DNA of 63,757 nt, filler included, from Octopus bimaculoides (GCF_001194135.2; 7 parts of 6 records of this genome joined end to end with filler, not necessarily neighbours in it); one strand, 5' to 3'; shown: positions 1-13,197, numbered from the whole stretch's first letter. Program-made: numbers and translations. Notes: generated by a model not told the origin, from the sequence alone.

Positions 1-339
1 CTCATGTTCTCTCTCACAATCTCCACTCTGCTCTCACCCCTCTCCTCTCTTTCACCCTCTCTCTCTCTCACTCTCTTTTTTTCTCCCTACTCTCTTTCTC
101 CCCCCACTCTCCCCCTTTCTCTCCATTTAAGATATCTCATGTTTTGACAATTTGTGAATACACGTGCATGTTTGTGCCAATGCATGATTGTCTGTATGTG
201 TGTGTGTGTGTGGGTGTAAACTAAGTCACTTTTCTTCTTCAATACACCCTCATTCACCCTACCACCCTTCCTCCCTCACTTTCTCGCCCTCACTTTCTCT
301 CTCTTATCTTAAGATTTGCGTTGCGTATCTAATCTGATT

Positions 340-620
340 TCTACGTGATTATTAGTGAAATGTCGGACTTAAGAAAATTGAATCTTCCTTCTAAATTGTG
401 AAATTTACTTTTTGGTAACACATAAAAGTAAGTTCCTTAAATATCATTCCAGCCAGAGTGGACAATGGTCAGTCCAATAACAGGTATGTGACGCCCTCGG
501 AGGCACATGAACCTGTGTTTTCGAGAGCAGTGGCAATATTCAAACGGCCCGGGTCTTCGAGCAAATGTTCCGATCCGAACATATTTGGAATCGTTTGGCT
601 TCAGTTGAAGAACTCTTAAA
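340..620 (-). mobile_element. Degenerate LINE (L1/Tx1-like) APE-endonuclease fragment, copy 1
   Basis: Minus frame YWTDHCPLWLE (456-473) matches the APE C-terminal SDHxP motif. Nucleotide-similar to 2000-2135. Contains stops and frameshifts. Confidence 0.5.
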
Positions 621-648
621 GTATATACAATTATTTTATCACAGTATA

Positions 649-1025
649 GGCGCATGCGTGCCTGGGTGGTGAGAAGTTCGTCCCACAGCGTGACACCTTG
701 GGCAAGTGTCTTCTACAAAAGCCTCGGGCCGACCAAAGCCTTGTGAGTAGATTTGGTAGACAGTAACCCTTGTATGTGTGTGTGTGCGTGTGTGTGTGTG
801 TGCGTGCGCGTGCGCGCGCGCGTTTGTGACTGTTTGTCCCCCACTACCGCTTGACAACCTGTGTTGGTGTATTTATGTCTCCGTAACCTAGCGGTTCGGC
901 AAGAGACCGATAGAATAAGTGCAGGCTTTAAACAATATACGTACTGGGGTCAATGAGTTCGACTAAAATTCTTCAAGGCGTTGCCCCAGCATGGCCGCAG
1001 TCTAATGACCGAAACAAGTAAAAGA
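649..1025 (+). mobile_element. tRNA-head SINE family A
   Basis: ccttgggcaagtgtcttcta...gatttggtagac, internal (TG)n, tail ...gaaacaagtaaaag. Matches many other copies in the window. Confidence 0.8.
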
Positions 1026-1196
1026 ATCCTCCACTAAATCCTCTCTCAAATTTTGGCCACCCCGGGGCTATAGTAGGAGACAATTGCCCATGGTTGCCAT
1101 TGAACCACGAACCAGTTTCTTACCATTCAGCCACGCCTTCATAAATGAAATATTTTTAGAAACAAAAAAAAATGATTAAATATAATATCCTTTCTT

Positions 1197-1365
1197 TCAT
1201 AGGCACAAGATCTAAAATTCTCGTGGGTAGGGGTCTTGTTGATTGCATCGACCCCCAGTACTCGAGTGGTACTTATTTTATCAAGTCTGGAAGGATAAAT
1301 GGCAAAGTCGACCTCGGTGAAATTTGAACTCAGAAAACAAAGCCGGAAGAAATGCTGCTATCATT
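1197..1365 (-). mobile_element. SINE family B
   Basis: Reverse complement of ...ttctgagttcaaattccgccgaggtcgactttgcctttcatcc...gtaccag...ggggtcgatg. Confidence 0.75.
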
Positions 1366-1559
1366 TTGTAACATCAAATGTAATCTCAAAGTTTATATAA
1401 AGACCACACCCTCACTTCATAAAGAAAAAAAAAACGATTTTAGACAACAAAAAAAAAAGATAGAAAAACTAAAGAGAAAAATTGACTGGAATTAAACGGG
1501 GTTTGTTTAGCGATTGGTATCAGAGAAACCCTTACCATGTTAGAGAGCCAGATTCTGAC

Positions 1560-2330
1560 TGATCTTCAGATAAACTATGTTGCAAGTAATGGGGTCAGTG
1601 GTAATGAAGAGCTTTACTATGATGAAGAGGGAAGCGTAGATCAACATCGTTTTCAGTGTCGAGTTACAGACCGGCTGAAAGACATTCTGAGTATAGACAA
1701 TCCCCTTTCGAGAAACCGGTACAGACTTGGGCAACACGAGACCAATGCTTCTCAAACAGTTTTAACTCTTCCTCCTGTGTTCTTCTACTAACACTTTTTC
1801 GACACTTTGTAGCAACAGTTTTTATCGTGGCAACAGCATTAGTGAGGTCACCATGGGATTACAGCAAAGAGGTTGGCCGGTTGTATGCTAGAAAACAGAG
1901 AAGTTAATGCTGAATGCCATTCTGAACCCCTGAGAGATGCTTTGAAGGAAATTAGTAGAGATGACCTGAATAACACCAGACAAGTGATTCTCAAACGTTT
2001 TCCGTGACATGTCGAACTTAATAAAAATTTAATTTCCATTTTAAATTGGTGTAGAGTTTACTTTTTGGTAACACATTAAAAGTAAAGTCCTTAATTGTCC
2101 TTTGAACTAGAGTGGACAATGGTCAGTCCAACTAACGCTTCTTTTTTTCTTTTTTCACTAACACTTTTTCAATGCTTCCTCACTACGATTCGACAAAAAA
2201 TTGTTACGGACAAGTTGAAGACCAATAACCTTTGAACTCGAGAGTACGTTTTAGCGGATGCGAAATATATTTGATTATATCTCTGAAAGATACAAAAAAG
2301 CGAGCGACCACAAAGTTTTGTGATTATGTT
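1560..2330 (-). mobile_element. Degenerate LINE (L1/Tx1-like) ORF2 5' fragment, copy 2
   Basis: Ordered motifs KTYSRVQRLLV (cf. YSRIDRxxV), WTDHCPL (2110-2127) and WKLNF (2024-2038; the L1/Tx1 post-endonuclease WKLN motif), with frameshifts and stops. Confidence 0.6.
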
Positions 2331-2797
2331 TTGCTAAATGGCAGAAACAACGTCCTTTTCAGCCGTAAACATAAAACGCATTTGGCACTCGTAGATTTGA
2401 GAGCGACTGCTGGTAGACGGCACTTTTCCTTAGTGGCCGCAGTGGTCGTAGTCTTTTTATGGGGTTTCCACAAACCTCGGAAGACCCACCCACCCACCTT
2501 AGTTGAGAATTATTCTTTGGTTTGAATGTTTTTGTTCTTTGTACTTCTCTTATTTCCGACGCTTTTTAAGGCAGTTCTACAGTATTGTCCTGTACAGGGA
2601 ACATAGCAGAAGAAAGTTGGCTAATGTGTCGTGCAGTGGGACTGAACCCAAAACCATGCCATTGCAACGCGAACTTCTTAGCCATACAGCCAAGCCAGAC
2701 CAATTATCAATACCACCACCACCACCACCACCACCACCACCATCACCGCCTCCGCCAACACTATCATCATCACTACCACTTCCACTACCCAATGGTC

Positions 2798-2834
<37 letters not shown>

Positions 2835-3501
2835 GAGAACACGTCATATGAATATCAGACACACCAAAAGTGGGGGCGAGAGGAAAAGGACGGCGAAATA
2901 ATGATAATAATAATAGTAAACCTTTGCAAAGGTCAGTGTTGCGTTGTGGGAGACTTTGACAGCGATTAATTAAATCATTAATGAAGTAATTAAAAATGAA
3001 ACACAACAAGTGCGTGTGATTTTTATTAGCAAAATGGGACTCCCGGTATTAAGACAATACAGTTTTTTTACACACACATTCGTGTCAAGAAACTTCGGAA
3101 ACGAATACAAATATAGTGAGAGCCGCTTATTGTGATCGCTTTGGGACTGTTGTTTTGGGATAATGATAACCGGCTAATAACATTAAGCAGATGATGAGAC
3201 AATGTATTTGAGTATTTTTGATGTGTGGGATTAATTTTGCTCACAATGGCTTATGGGTAATGTTACCAGTATTTACAATAAACGGAGTCAAGTGTGTAAG
3301 GTGTGTGTATGTGTGTGTGTGTGCGTGCGTGCATATAGTTTAAGCCGGTCCAGTGGTATTTTACTTGAATAACAGACTACTGGAACGACAAAATAATATT
3401 AAACAATATATTCTCAACGTTTGCATTTGATACACTCCAGACTGTTATCCATCAATGTACATACACAGTTATATACATACGTGTGTGTGTACATATATAT
3501 A

Positions 3502-3621
3502 TGACGATTATTCGGGTGCCATAATAAGACTCCGAGTTTCGAATGAACTGACGAGATGCCGGAGGTTTCCGCCCCGACATCCGAAACTCGGAGTCTTATT
3601 ATGGCAACCGAATAATTGTCA
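3502..3621 (+). other. Inverted repeat (about 40-bp arms) enclosing a hammerhead-ribozyme-like core
   Basis: Arm attattcgggtgccataataagactccgagtttcg pairs with cgaaactcggagtcttattatggcaaccgaataat (1 mismatch). CTGACGA at 3548-3554, GAAAC at 3583-3587, GTC at 3593-3595. Confidence 0.65.
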
Positions 3622-3704
3622 CATATTATATTTACAGATAAATTCCTCTATTTACATAATATCGAGGTCTCTTTCATTCTTTTGTTATCTTACCATTACT
3701 ATTA

Positions 3705-3751
<47 letters not shown>

Positions 3752-3752
3752 T

Positions 3753-3852
3753 NNNNNNNNNNNNNNNNNNNNNNNNNNNNNNNNNNNNNNNNNNNNTTAA
3801 TTAATTAANNNNNNNNNNNNNNNNNNNNNNNNNNNNNNNNNNNNNNNNNNNN
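3753..3852. other. Artificial scaffolding spacer (44N-TTAATTAATTAA-44N); identical spacers at 23701, 32270, 58879, 61284, 62550
   Basis: Six identical 100-bp blocks; the 12-mer has stops in all six frames. Confidence 0.97.
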
Positions 3853-3959
3853 GAGGCTATAGTGGAAGACACTTGCCCAAGGTGCCATGCAGTGGGACTG
3901 AATCAGAGACCATGTGGTTGGTAAGCAAGCTACTTACCACACAGCCACTCCTGTACATG

Positions 3960-3969
3960 TATATATATA

Positions 3970-4000
<31 letters not shown>

Positions 4001-4260
4001 TGTATGTATGTGTGTGTGTGTGTGTGTGTATGTGTGTGTGTCCTTGTCTTGACATCAGGTAATAGTTGTAAATGAGTGTCACCATCATACTAGCAGTGCC
4101 ATTCATTTCCAATATTTTGCAAAATGTGTCTAGCCATGGGGAAATATTACCTTGGTTGGAAATAGGTGAGGGTTGGGGACAGGAGGAGCATCCAGTCACC
4201 CATTCAAGCACATAGAAAATTAGATGTCAACAATGAGGCTGCTGCTGCTGCTGCTAATGA
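3960..4260 (+). mobile_element. SINE A2 body/tail ending in (GAT)n
   Basis: ccttgtcttgacatc...atggggaaatattacc...ggacaggaggagcatccag...; the same body occurs at 15720, 35230 and 40105. Confidence 0.7.
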
Positions 4261-4397
4261 TGGTGATGATGAGGACGATGACGACGACAATGATGATGAT
4301 GTTGATGATGATGATGACGATGACGATGATGATGATGACAATGATGATGATAACGATGATGATGATATCGATGATAATGATGATGGTGATGATGACG
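4233..4397. repeat. Cryptic (GAT/GAC)n triplet repeat
   Basis: Directly visible; continues from the SINE tail. Confidence 0.95.
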
Positions 4398-4509
4398 TTG
4401 AGATTTTCTTAGAAAAGTTTTCCATCTCTTAGTTTGTTGGGCAAATTTAAAGAGCAGCTATTTGAATATAAGGTGAATAATCGTACATCTGACAGTAGAG
4501 TGCATAGAA

Positions 4510-4950
4510 GGAGGCAAGTAAGACACAAACACACACACTCTGGCACATAAGCACACACGTGTATACTTACACACACACACACACACACACCGACACACTG
4601 ATACACGTGCACACACACGCACACACACACACTGACATATAAACATACACACACTGACACATAAACACACACACATACACATATGCACACACATATACAC
4701 TGACATATATGCGCACACACACACACACACACACACATAAACACATACACTGATACATAAACACATACACACACACTGACGCATAAATGTACACACAAAC
4801 ATGCACTGACACATAGACACACACATAATGACACATAAACACACACATAATGACACATAAACACACAGAGACACACATACATACACACATGTACACACAT
4901 ATACACTGACACATAAACACACACACACACACACACGCACATCATACACA
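4510..4950. repeat. Compound CA-rich microsatellite
   Basis: acacacat/acacactgac motifs; produces spurious C/V/M ORFs. Confidence 0.9.
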
Positions 4951-5624
4951 CATTAATCTAGGAGGTAAAGATCTTGCGTAAATCATATTCAATCCACTGT
5001 AAGATGATGATGATGAGGAGGAGGAGGAGGAGGAGGCGAAAGAGGTGGATGAGGACGATTGTTAATGATGATGACGTCGATGACAATGATGATGACGATG
5101 ATGACGATAACAGCGGTGCTGATGACTACGACACCAATCACAATAATGGCAGCAATGCTGACTGTGATATTGCCAAAAATGATAGATGTGCAATTCCACG
5201 ACTTTGCTCCACTCTGCTCCACTCTTCTACCTGAATTTTTGTCAATATTTCATCAATTATTGATCTATTAATATCTATGATTGATTTATGGCAGTGTTCA
5301 TTATGTGTTTTTATGTGTTTGTGCGAAAACCCAGGAAGAAGGTGTTGACTTAAGAATAACAAACTTTGGAGGGTGAGAAAAAGAGGAGAAAAGAGAGAGA
5401 GAGAGAGGGGGGGGAGGAAAGAGGAAGAGAGGGGAAAGAAAATGAGAGAGAAGAGGGAGGGAGAAAGAGAGGGGAAAGAAAACGAGTGAGAGGGAGGGAG
5501 AGAGAGAGAGAGAGTGGTGGAGAGACAAATTTATGGTATGGTTAAATATGAATGACCCCAAGCAGTGTCTCGATGATTATTAACCCCATTCAAACGGCAT
5601 TGGCAAATCTTAAATCTTCTGTCT

Positions 5625-6380
5625 TTTACTAGTTTCAGTCATTAGACTGTGGCCATGCTGGGGCACCGCCTTGAAGGATTTTTAGACGAATGAATTAACC
5701 CCAGTACTTTTTCTATCAGCCTCTCTTGCCAAACTGCTAAGTTACATGGATGTAAACAAACTATCACTGGTTGTCAAGAGGTGGTGGGGGATAAACATGA
5801 ACACAAAGTCACACACAAACACACTCACTCATTCATTCACATGGATATATACATATTTATAAACAACAGGCTTTTCTTAGTTTTCATCTACCAAATATAT
5901 TCACAAGGTTTTGGTCAACCCAAAGATATAGTAGAAGACACTTGCCTAAGGTGCCATGCAGTGGGACTGAACCTGGAACCATGTGGTGGGGAAGCAAGCT
6001 TCTTACCACACAGCTACGCCTGCTCATATACTCTTTAACTTGTTTCAATCATTTGACTGCGGCCATGTTGGAGCACCGCATTTAGTCAAGCAAATCGACT
6101 CCAGGACTTATTCTTTGTAAGCCTAGTACTTATTCTATCGGTCTCTTTTGCCAAACTGCTAAGTCACGGGGACACCAGCATCAGTTGTCAAGCGATGTTG
6201 GGGGACAAACACTGACACACAAACTCACACACACACATATATATACATATATATGACAGGCTTCTTTCAGCCCGAGGCCATAGTAGAAGACACTTGCCCA
6301 AGGTGCCATGCAGTGGGACTGAACCCAGAACTATGTGGCTGGTAAGCAAGCTACTTACGACACAGCCACTCCTACGCCTA
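5625..6380 (-). mobile_element. Two tandem SINE family A copies
   Basis: Copies at about 5625-6025 and 6035-6380, each ending in the reverse complement of the tRNA head (ccacacagccactcct). Confidence 0.8.
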
Positions 6381-6589
6381 TATGTACAAATTTGTCATGA
6401 TTAGGTGAAAAGTAAGGAATGAGAGGCAGAGAGAGAGAGAGAGATGTTTAGACCAGTTGAATTGATTCCTGAGTATCCTTGGCAATAATCTTATTCACAG
6501 ACAGAGGAATAATAGTGTTCTTATTGTTGCTGCAGCTGTTTGGTTTTGTTTCTATCTTGGCTACTATGATAATCTTCCTCACCACCATT

Positions 6590-7900
6590 ACTCATCCTGC
6601 GAACATCACCACCACCACCACCACCTCCACCACCACCACCANNNNNNNNNNNNNNNNNNNNNNNNNNNNNNNNNNNNNNNNNNNNNNNNNNNNNNNNNNN
6701 NNNNNNNNNNNNNNNNNNNNNNNNNNNNNNNNNNNNNNNNNNNNNNNNNNNNNNNNNNNNNNNNNNNNNNNNNNNNNNNNNNNNNNNNNNNNNNNNNNNN
6801 NNNNNNNNNNNNNNNNNNNNNNNNNNNNNNNNNNNNNNNNNNNNNNNNNNNNNNNNNNNNNNNNNNNNNNNNNNNNNNNNNNNNNNNNNNNNNNNNNNNN
6901 NNNNNNNNNNNNNNNNNNNNNNNNNNNNNNNNNNNNNNNNNNNNNNNNNNNNNNNNNNNNNNNNNNNNNNNNNNNNNNNNNNNNNNNNNNNNNNNNNNNN
7001 NNNNNNNNNNNNNNNNNNNNNNNNNNNNNNNNNNNNNNNNNNNNNNNNNNNNNNNNNNNNNNNNNNNNNNNNNNNNNNNNNNNNNNNNNNNNNNNNNNNN
7101 NNNNNNNNNNNNNNNNNNNNNNNNNNNNNNNNNNNNNNNNNNNNNNNNNNNNNNNNNNNNNNNNNNNNNNNNNNNNNNNNNNNNNNNNNNNNNNNNNNNN
7201 NNNNNCTGTTGCTGCCAATGGCACCACCACCACCACCACCACTACCACCACCACCACCACCACTGCTGTCGATGCCAATGGCACCACCACCACCACCACC
7301 GCTGTCGATGCCAATGGCACCACCACCACCACCACTGCTGTCGCTGCCACCGGCACCGCTATCCCCACTGCCATCATCATCATCATCATCATCGTCATCA
7401 TTACCATTAGCGACAAGATCTTCCTCATCGTTATGGTAACCACCGTAATAATTGTTGTTATTGTAGCTGTCGTTGTCCTTTACATCCTTATCAGCATTAT
7501 CCTCGTCACCATCCCCACTCTCGTCATTATCATCTTCATCAGCAGCAGCAGCGTTACCACCCCCATCACCACCACCTGCACCACCGCCATGATCATTGTC
7601 TTCAACATCATCATTACCGCATCTACCACCACCATCACCATCACCATCACCATCATCCTCATCGTTATTTTTGTCATTGTCGTCATCATCGTCATCACCA
7701 CATCTACCACCATCATCACCATCATCCTCATACATTGTTGTCATTGTCATTGTCATCATCATCATCAGCATCATCATCATTATCACCACCTCCACCACCA
7801 CCACCACCACCACCACCATCCACATCATTGTCGTCGTCATCGTCGTCGTCATCATCATCATCATCATGAACATCATCACCATCACCATCGTCAGCACTGC
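6590..7900. repeat. Long cryptic (CAC/CAT)n triplet tract with internal N gap
   Basis: Directly visible; gap at 6642-7205. Confidence 0.9.
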
Positions 7901-8132
7901 TATGTCCCCACTGATGCTCCTATTACAATATCTAAAGCTTCTCTACCATATTCAGATGACTCCTGTGATGTGATCTCTGGATTTCACTTTTCTGGTTTTG
8001 TGTGGTTAAGATGCTTGCTTCCCAACCATGTGGTCTCAGGTTCAGTCCCACTACATGGAACCTTGGGCCTCTACTACTGCTCTAGGCAGAAGCATCTCAA
8101 GGAAGCACCGAGAAGGTTATGCTTCATGCATT

Positions 8133-8345
8133 TAGACCCAGGAAGACATAGGATGAGGTGGTGAAGCATGATCTCTAGATGTTGGGTCACACGGAAGTGA
8201 TGACACGGAGGTGATGACACGGAGGTGATGACAAGTAATCAAGACCTTTGGCAATTTGCTGAGCTTGAGAAGACACATCAAGCCAAGTGAAATCATAGTC
8301 ATGGCCAGTGCTGGTGACAAGTAAAAGGCACCCATACTGGTGACA
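8133..8345 (+). mobile_element. RTE-type LINE 3' end fragment
   Basis: RPRKT*DEVVKHDL*MLG...DLWQFAELEKT, interrupted by a 14-bp x3 duplication (about 8190-8233). Confidence 0.65.
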
Positions 8346-8454
8346 CGTAGAAGGAGTGCTGGATTAACCATTAAACAAAATAAGCACGTGCTAAGAGCAT
8401 CAAGGAAAGGAGTGGGGGCAATACAGAAATGGTTTCTATATTGTGACAGTAAAG

Positions 8455-8655
8455 GCAGTGAGCTGGCAGAATTATTAGCTTAGCGGTATTTCGTCTGTCG
8501 TTACATTCTGAGTTCAAATTCCGCCGAGATCAACTTTGCCTTTCATCCTTTCAGGGTCGATTAAATAAGTACCGGTTGCATACTGGGGTCAATGTAATCG
8601 ACTGGCCCCTTCCCCACCAAAAATTCAGGACTTGAGTCTATAGTAGAAAAGTATA
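8455..8655 (+). mobile_element. SINE family B
   Basis: gagctggcagaa...tttgcctttcatcctttcagggtcgattaaataagtacc...cttgagtctatagtagaaaag. Confidence 0.8.
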
Positions 8656-9448
8656 TTGTGACAGTTACTGAATATAGAAAGAAGTGTAAAACTGTGAACT
8701 ATATAATCCAACCAAAATATCTTACGGAAATGTAAACAGAATTACTATCTAGCCTTAAAATACATCGTACATATTCAAAGAACCTTCTTGGTTTAGTGGT
8801 CATTCTCTCCTTCTACCCTGATGCTCTCGTGCTGTGTCCTTCATGCACTTCTCCATAGTTTAAAACGTGTTATTAAAACAATAAATCTCCAAAAATGATT
8901 CAGAGTGTTTCAATTGGAAAACATATATAAATGTATTAGACAGTTTTCATTTAAAAGGTGAAAATATTTCTGAAATACTCACCTAATATGCAAGGACACA
9001 GTATATAGGATATGGTAAATAATTATATTGTAGGAAAGTAAAAAGTAAAGGGAAAAAATAGAATTGATATTTTTGATTCGGCTCTATGAATTTATTTTTT
9101 TTTAAATGCTTTCATCAATTGCTTGATACAAGAAAAAAGAAATTGAAAAAATCCTGGACAAAACAGAGAAACTGTAACTTAACAAAAAATATAGAAAGAG
9201 AAAGAAAAGGTTGTATTTGAAATCCAAAAGATGTTTTTTAGCTGAGGTGTAATTTTATAATTCAAACAAATTCACAACTTAAATTTTGGAACATAAGACT
9301 TAACAATGTTATCTGGTGTATGGCCGAATTCAAATGGGTAAAAGACCCGAAACAAATGTGTGTGTGTATGTGTGTGGTTGGACCTTTAATAGCCAATGGT
9401 CAATTGCAGCTCAATCATAGAAAGGAATTGAAATACCTATCAGCCACT

Positions 9449-9489
<41 letters not shown>

Positions 9490-10660
9490 TCTCATCCTTG
9501 CTTGACACAAGTCAAATTTAAGTATCTTAATTTTATCATTCAGATTATTGTTGCTTTGATGGCCCAGTGGGCCGGGGTGTTGAGCAACACATAGGTAGTG
9601 ATTTCAAATCTCTTCCAGAGATTACAAGAGATCTGGTTAAATTTTTTTTATTTAAGCAACAAAATTTCTTTCAACAATTTCTTTCTCTTAAGCATGACAT
9701 ACACGTCAGGTATGTACAAAAAACAAATTGGCATGTTAATATTATTGATAGTAATAATAAAAAATCTGGTGTATTTGTTTTAATGGCCTACCAATGTATA
9801 CAGTACATTTCTCTGCTCTAGGTGTCAGGAAGACACTTGGCAAGAAATGGAAACAGAATTGAAAGAAGATGCTAATGAAAATAATGATAATAATAATAAT
9901 AACAATAGTAATGATAGTAATGATGATAATAGCAATAATAATTATTATAATGATAACAATAGCAATAACTATAATAATAATGAGATTAATAATGATAATA
10001 ATAAGCTGCAGATTTCAGTGGGGAGAGATAACAAAAAACAAAACAAATGCAAAAATAAAAGAAAAAACTATGCATGAAACATGTGGATGATTTGAAGAAA
10101 GATAAGGATTAAGAATATAGCAGAAAAAAATATTAAATTAGACATAAATTTCATTTAGTTTTCTACTTGTGAAAGATTTTAAATGCTGGGTGAGATAAAA
10201 TAGATTAATACAGGAATTTAATTCATCAAAGTCCATATTTACTTTTGCAGATAAAATTTTCATAATGAATTTTCTATTCTCTTTGTTTGGAGACGAAGAT
10301 ATATAATAAAAAAAAAAGTAAAAATAAAAATAAAAAGAAACGAAAAATCTAAATGAAATCATAAAAACAAAACAAGACAAAGTGATGATATAATGTTGCT
10401 AAAAGATTAAAAACCAAATAATTTCAGAAAAACTAAATCTTTTGTATTAGTCAAGTCAATCTTAGAATGGCTGTGCAAGAAATTAGATATAAAGTTTGGT
10501 TCTCCCTCACCCTACTGCTTCAAATTAGTAGGAGGTTATCTATTAGTTCCCTAATGTAAATCTTTTAGCATTTAACCCTCTCAAATCTAGACCACTGTGT
10601 CTAAATTTTAGCCCTCACAAACCTGGTCTCCTGAGTTAAAAAAATGAATAGCTGCATATA

Positions 10661-11020
10661 GGCGTAGGAGTGGCTGTGTGGTAAGGAGCTTGCTTACCAA
10701 CCACATGGTTCCGGGTTCAGTCCCACTGCGTGGCACCTTGGGCAAGTATCTTCTACTATAGCCTCGGGCCAACCTGATCAACCAATATCAGTTTATATTT
10801 CAATATCAGTTTCACAATCATAGGATTATGGTTTCAATTCCTGGACAGTGTGTTGTGTTCTTGAGCAAAACACAGTATTTCATGTTGCTCTGTGACCACT
10901 TTGACATCTCATGTGTGGCACACCATACATCTGTACAGGTAACGTCAATTTGATGGAAGGAGTGAACAGTACATGCATTTGATCACTATAAACAAATTAT
11001 TTGTGCAGGTTGTTCAGCAG
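10661..11020 (+). mobile_element. SINE A 5' part followed by another tRNA-head SINE
   Basis: ggcgtaggagtggctgtgtggtaagg... at 10661, then ggtttcaattcctggac...cttgagcaaaacac at about 10830. Confidence 0.7.
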
Positions 11021-11625
11021 GAAATTGTGTAATTGTCTTTCTTGGACTCAAAAGACTATCAATAACAACAACTGAAAGTGAAACAGAAAGGTGAGATGAT
11101 TAATATCTCTTGTGTGCGGTGTCTCTATCCTAATCAAACAAAGCCTAAATTACAGCAACTAAAAGAAACTCATTTGGATGGGAATTAACAAATTAGCAGT
11201 AACAATGTTATTACCAATAATATAGCAAAATGGAATTTAAAGGGCCAGTCCTTAATTACACAATAACAGTAATTAATAATGATTTCTATACTCGACATAA
11301 GGCCATGTAGATTTGTTGGGATAGTGGAAAGCAAGTATAGTTGATTAAAATTAAAATTGATTGCAGTGCTTGACCATTACTCATTTTATCAATGCTGAAA
11401 GGATAAAAGGTAAATTTAGCATTGGTGGGACTTGAGCTCACATTGTAAAGGACCTTAATTAAATAGTGTTATTAATTGTTATTAATATAGGTACAACACT
11501 CAGTGCACTTGGTGGAAATGTATATTGCCAATTATATCAGCCCCAGCACTTGACTGATGGTAATTTTATCTAATCCCTTAAAGATAATAGGTGAAGCTGA
11601 ACCCAAAAGGATTTTCATTAAGAAT

Positions 11626-11895
11626 GTAGAGTGGCTGTGTGGTAATAGCTTGCTTACCAACCACATGGTTCTGGGTTCAGTCCCACTGTGTGGCATCACC
11701 TCCTCAGGTGGTGAGCTGGCAGAATCATTTCGTCTGCTGCTACCTTCTGAGTTCAAATTCCACCAGGGTCAACTTTGCCTTTCATCCTCTTGGGGGGGTT
11801 GATAAATTAAGCACCATTTGTGCACTGGGGTCGATGTAATCAACTTAATCCCTTCCACCAAATTTGAGACCTTGTGCTTCCAGTAGAAAGAATTA
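11626..11895 (+). mobile_element. SINE A head fused to SINE B
   Basis: A head 11626-11700 is joined to ggtgagctggcagaatc and a B body. Confidence 0.7.
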
Positions 11896-12864
11896 TTATC
11901 ATTATTACTATAAATAATTTATACATAATGTACAAATAGTTGGATAGCTGTAGAGTACTCATGCGTTCCTCTATCCTTTGATGGATTTTATTTTCTGTCC
12001 TGCTGGGAGTCCAACAATCACCCCCTTCACCAAGCAAGTTTGGTGGGGTTACCAGTTTAGTCACCGATAACCCAACCATGAGACAGGTTGTAGTAGTTAC
12101 AAGTTACCAGTAGTGCTTGAAAGCAATCTGACTGAGGAACGCAGCTTTGAATCATACTTCACTTCTAACACTATTTTGATACTTTGGATAATTTTCCTAT
12201 GCTTAAATTCTATTATTATATTCTATGAGAGATAGCAAGCAGTGCCAGAGATAATAGTATTTGAACACAAAACTATAAGACACATGAAATACTGTAAATC
12301 AATGAACGAGGGGGAAAAAAAATCTATATTCTTCAAATGCTAATGATAAATAGATGAGGAAAGTGAAACTTGTGCATTCAAATTATAATTAAATTTTATT
12401 TCCCCACTCATCTGTATTAATAATGATTTATGTCAAAACAGAAAATAAGCCATCTTTATAAGCTATGTTTTATTTCTCTTCTATCAAGCAGATGATCAAT
12501 CATAGCTGTAGTGTTTTCTTATCAGAGCCAAGAAGGTCATAGCAATGAAGGGCTTTAATACAAAAAGACAACTGTTGCTTCACTACAATTATGCATTACA
12601 ATTCATTCCTTTTGACTGATCAAGGTTGTAAGATTGAATATTAATGTCGTTTTATCAGCACAAAGACTTAAATTTATTGGAAAAAGGAATATGTGCAGGA
12701 ATGTCTATGTGGTTCAGAGATTTGCTTCCCAGCCATATGATTTCAAGTTAAGTTCCACTGTATGGCACCTTGGGCAAGTGTCTTCTTCTATAGCTCCAGG
12801 CTGACTAAGCTTTTGAGTGGATTTGGTAAACAGAAACTGATAGAAATTCACCAGATGTGTGTGA

Positions 12865-12899
<35 letters not shown>

Positions 12900-13197
12900 T
12901 GTGTATTTGTGTGCATGCGTGTTTGTACCTTGATACCACTGATATATATATATATATATATATATCAGATCAAATATAGAACTGAAAGTGGTACTAACAA
13001 TTTCATCCTATTATGATACTTGAAAAGGAGTATTTATAAAATCCATCATGTATCTTAAAGCGCTCTTTCAGGTTCTGTTTATTCGTCTATCTTTCAGGCT
13101 CTGTTTGTTCGACTAAAGGCGGTGCTCCAGCGTAGCCACAGTCAAATGACTGAAAGAAATAATAGAATAAAGAAAAGAAAAAAATATATATATATAC

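Noticed and set aside
1861-2007. Plus-strand peptide ...PLRDALKEISRDDL..., superficially death-domain-like, and ORF 1537-1791
   Set aside because: Antisense to the LINE endonuclease/linker fragment; short, bounded by stops and without a supported exon structure.
3797-3808. TTAATTAATTAA as a biological palindrome (six occurrences)
   Set aside because: Always centred in identical N padding; an assembly spacer.
6479-8164. 561-aa and overlapping long ORFs
   Set aside because: They consist of CAC/CAT triplet repeats plus an N gap, with no domain or splice context.
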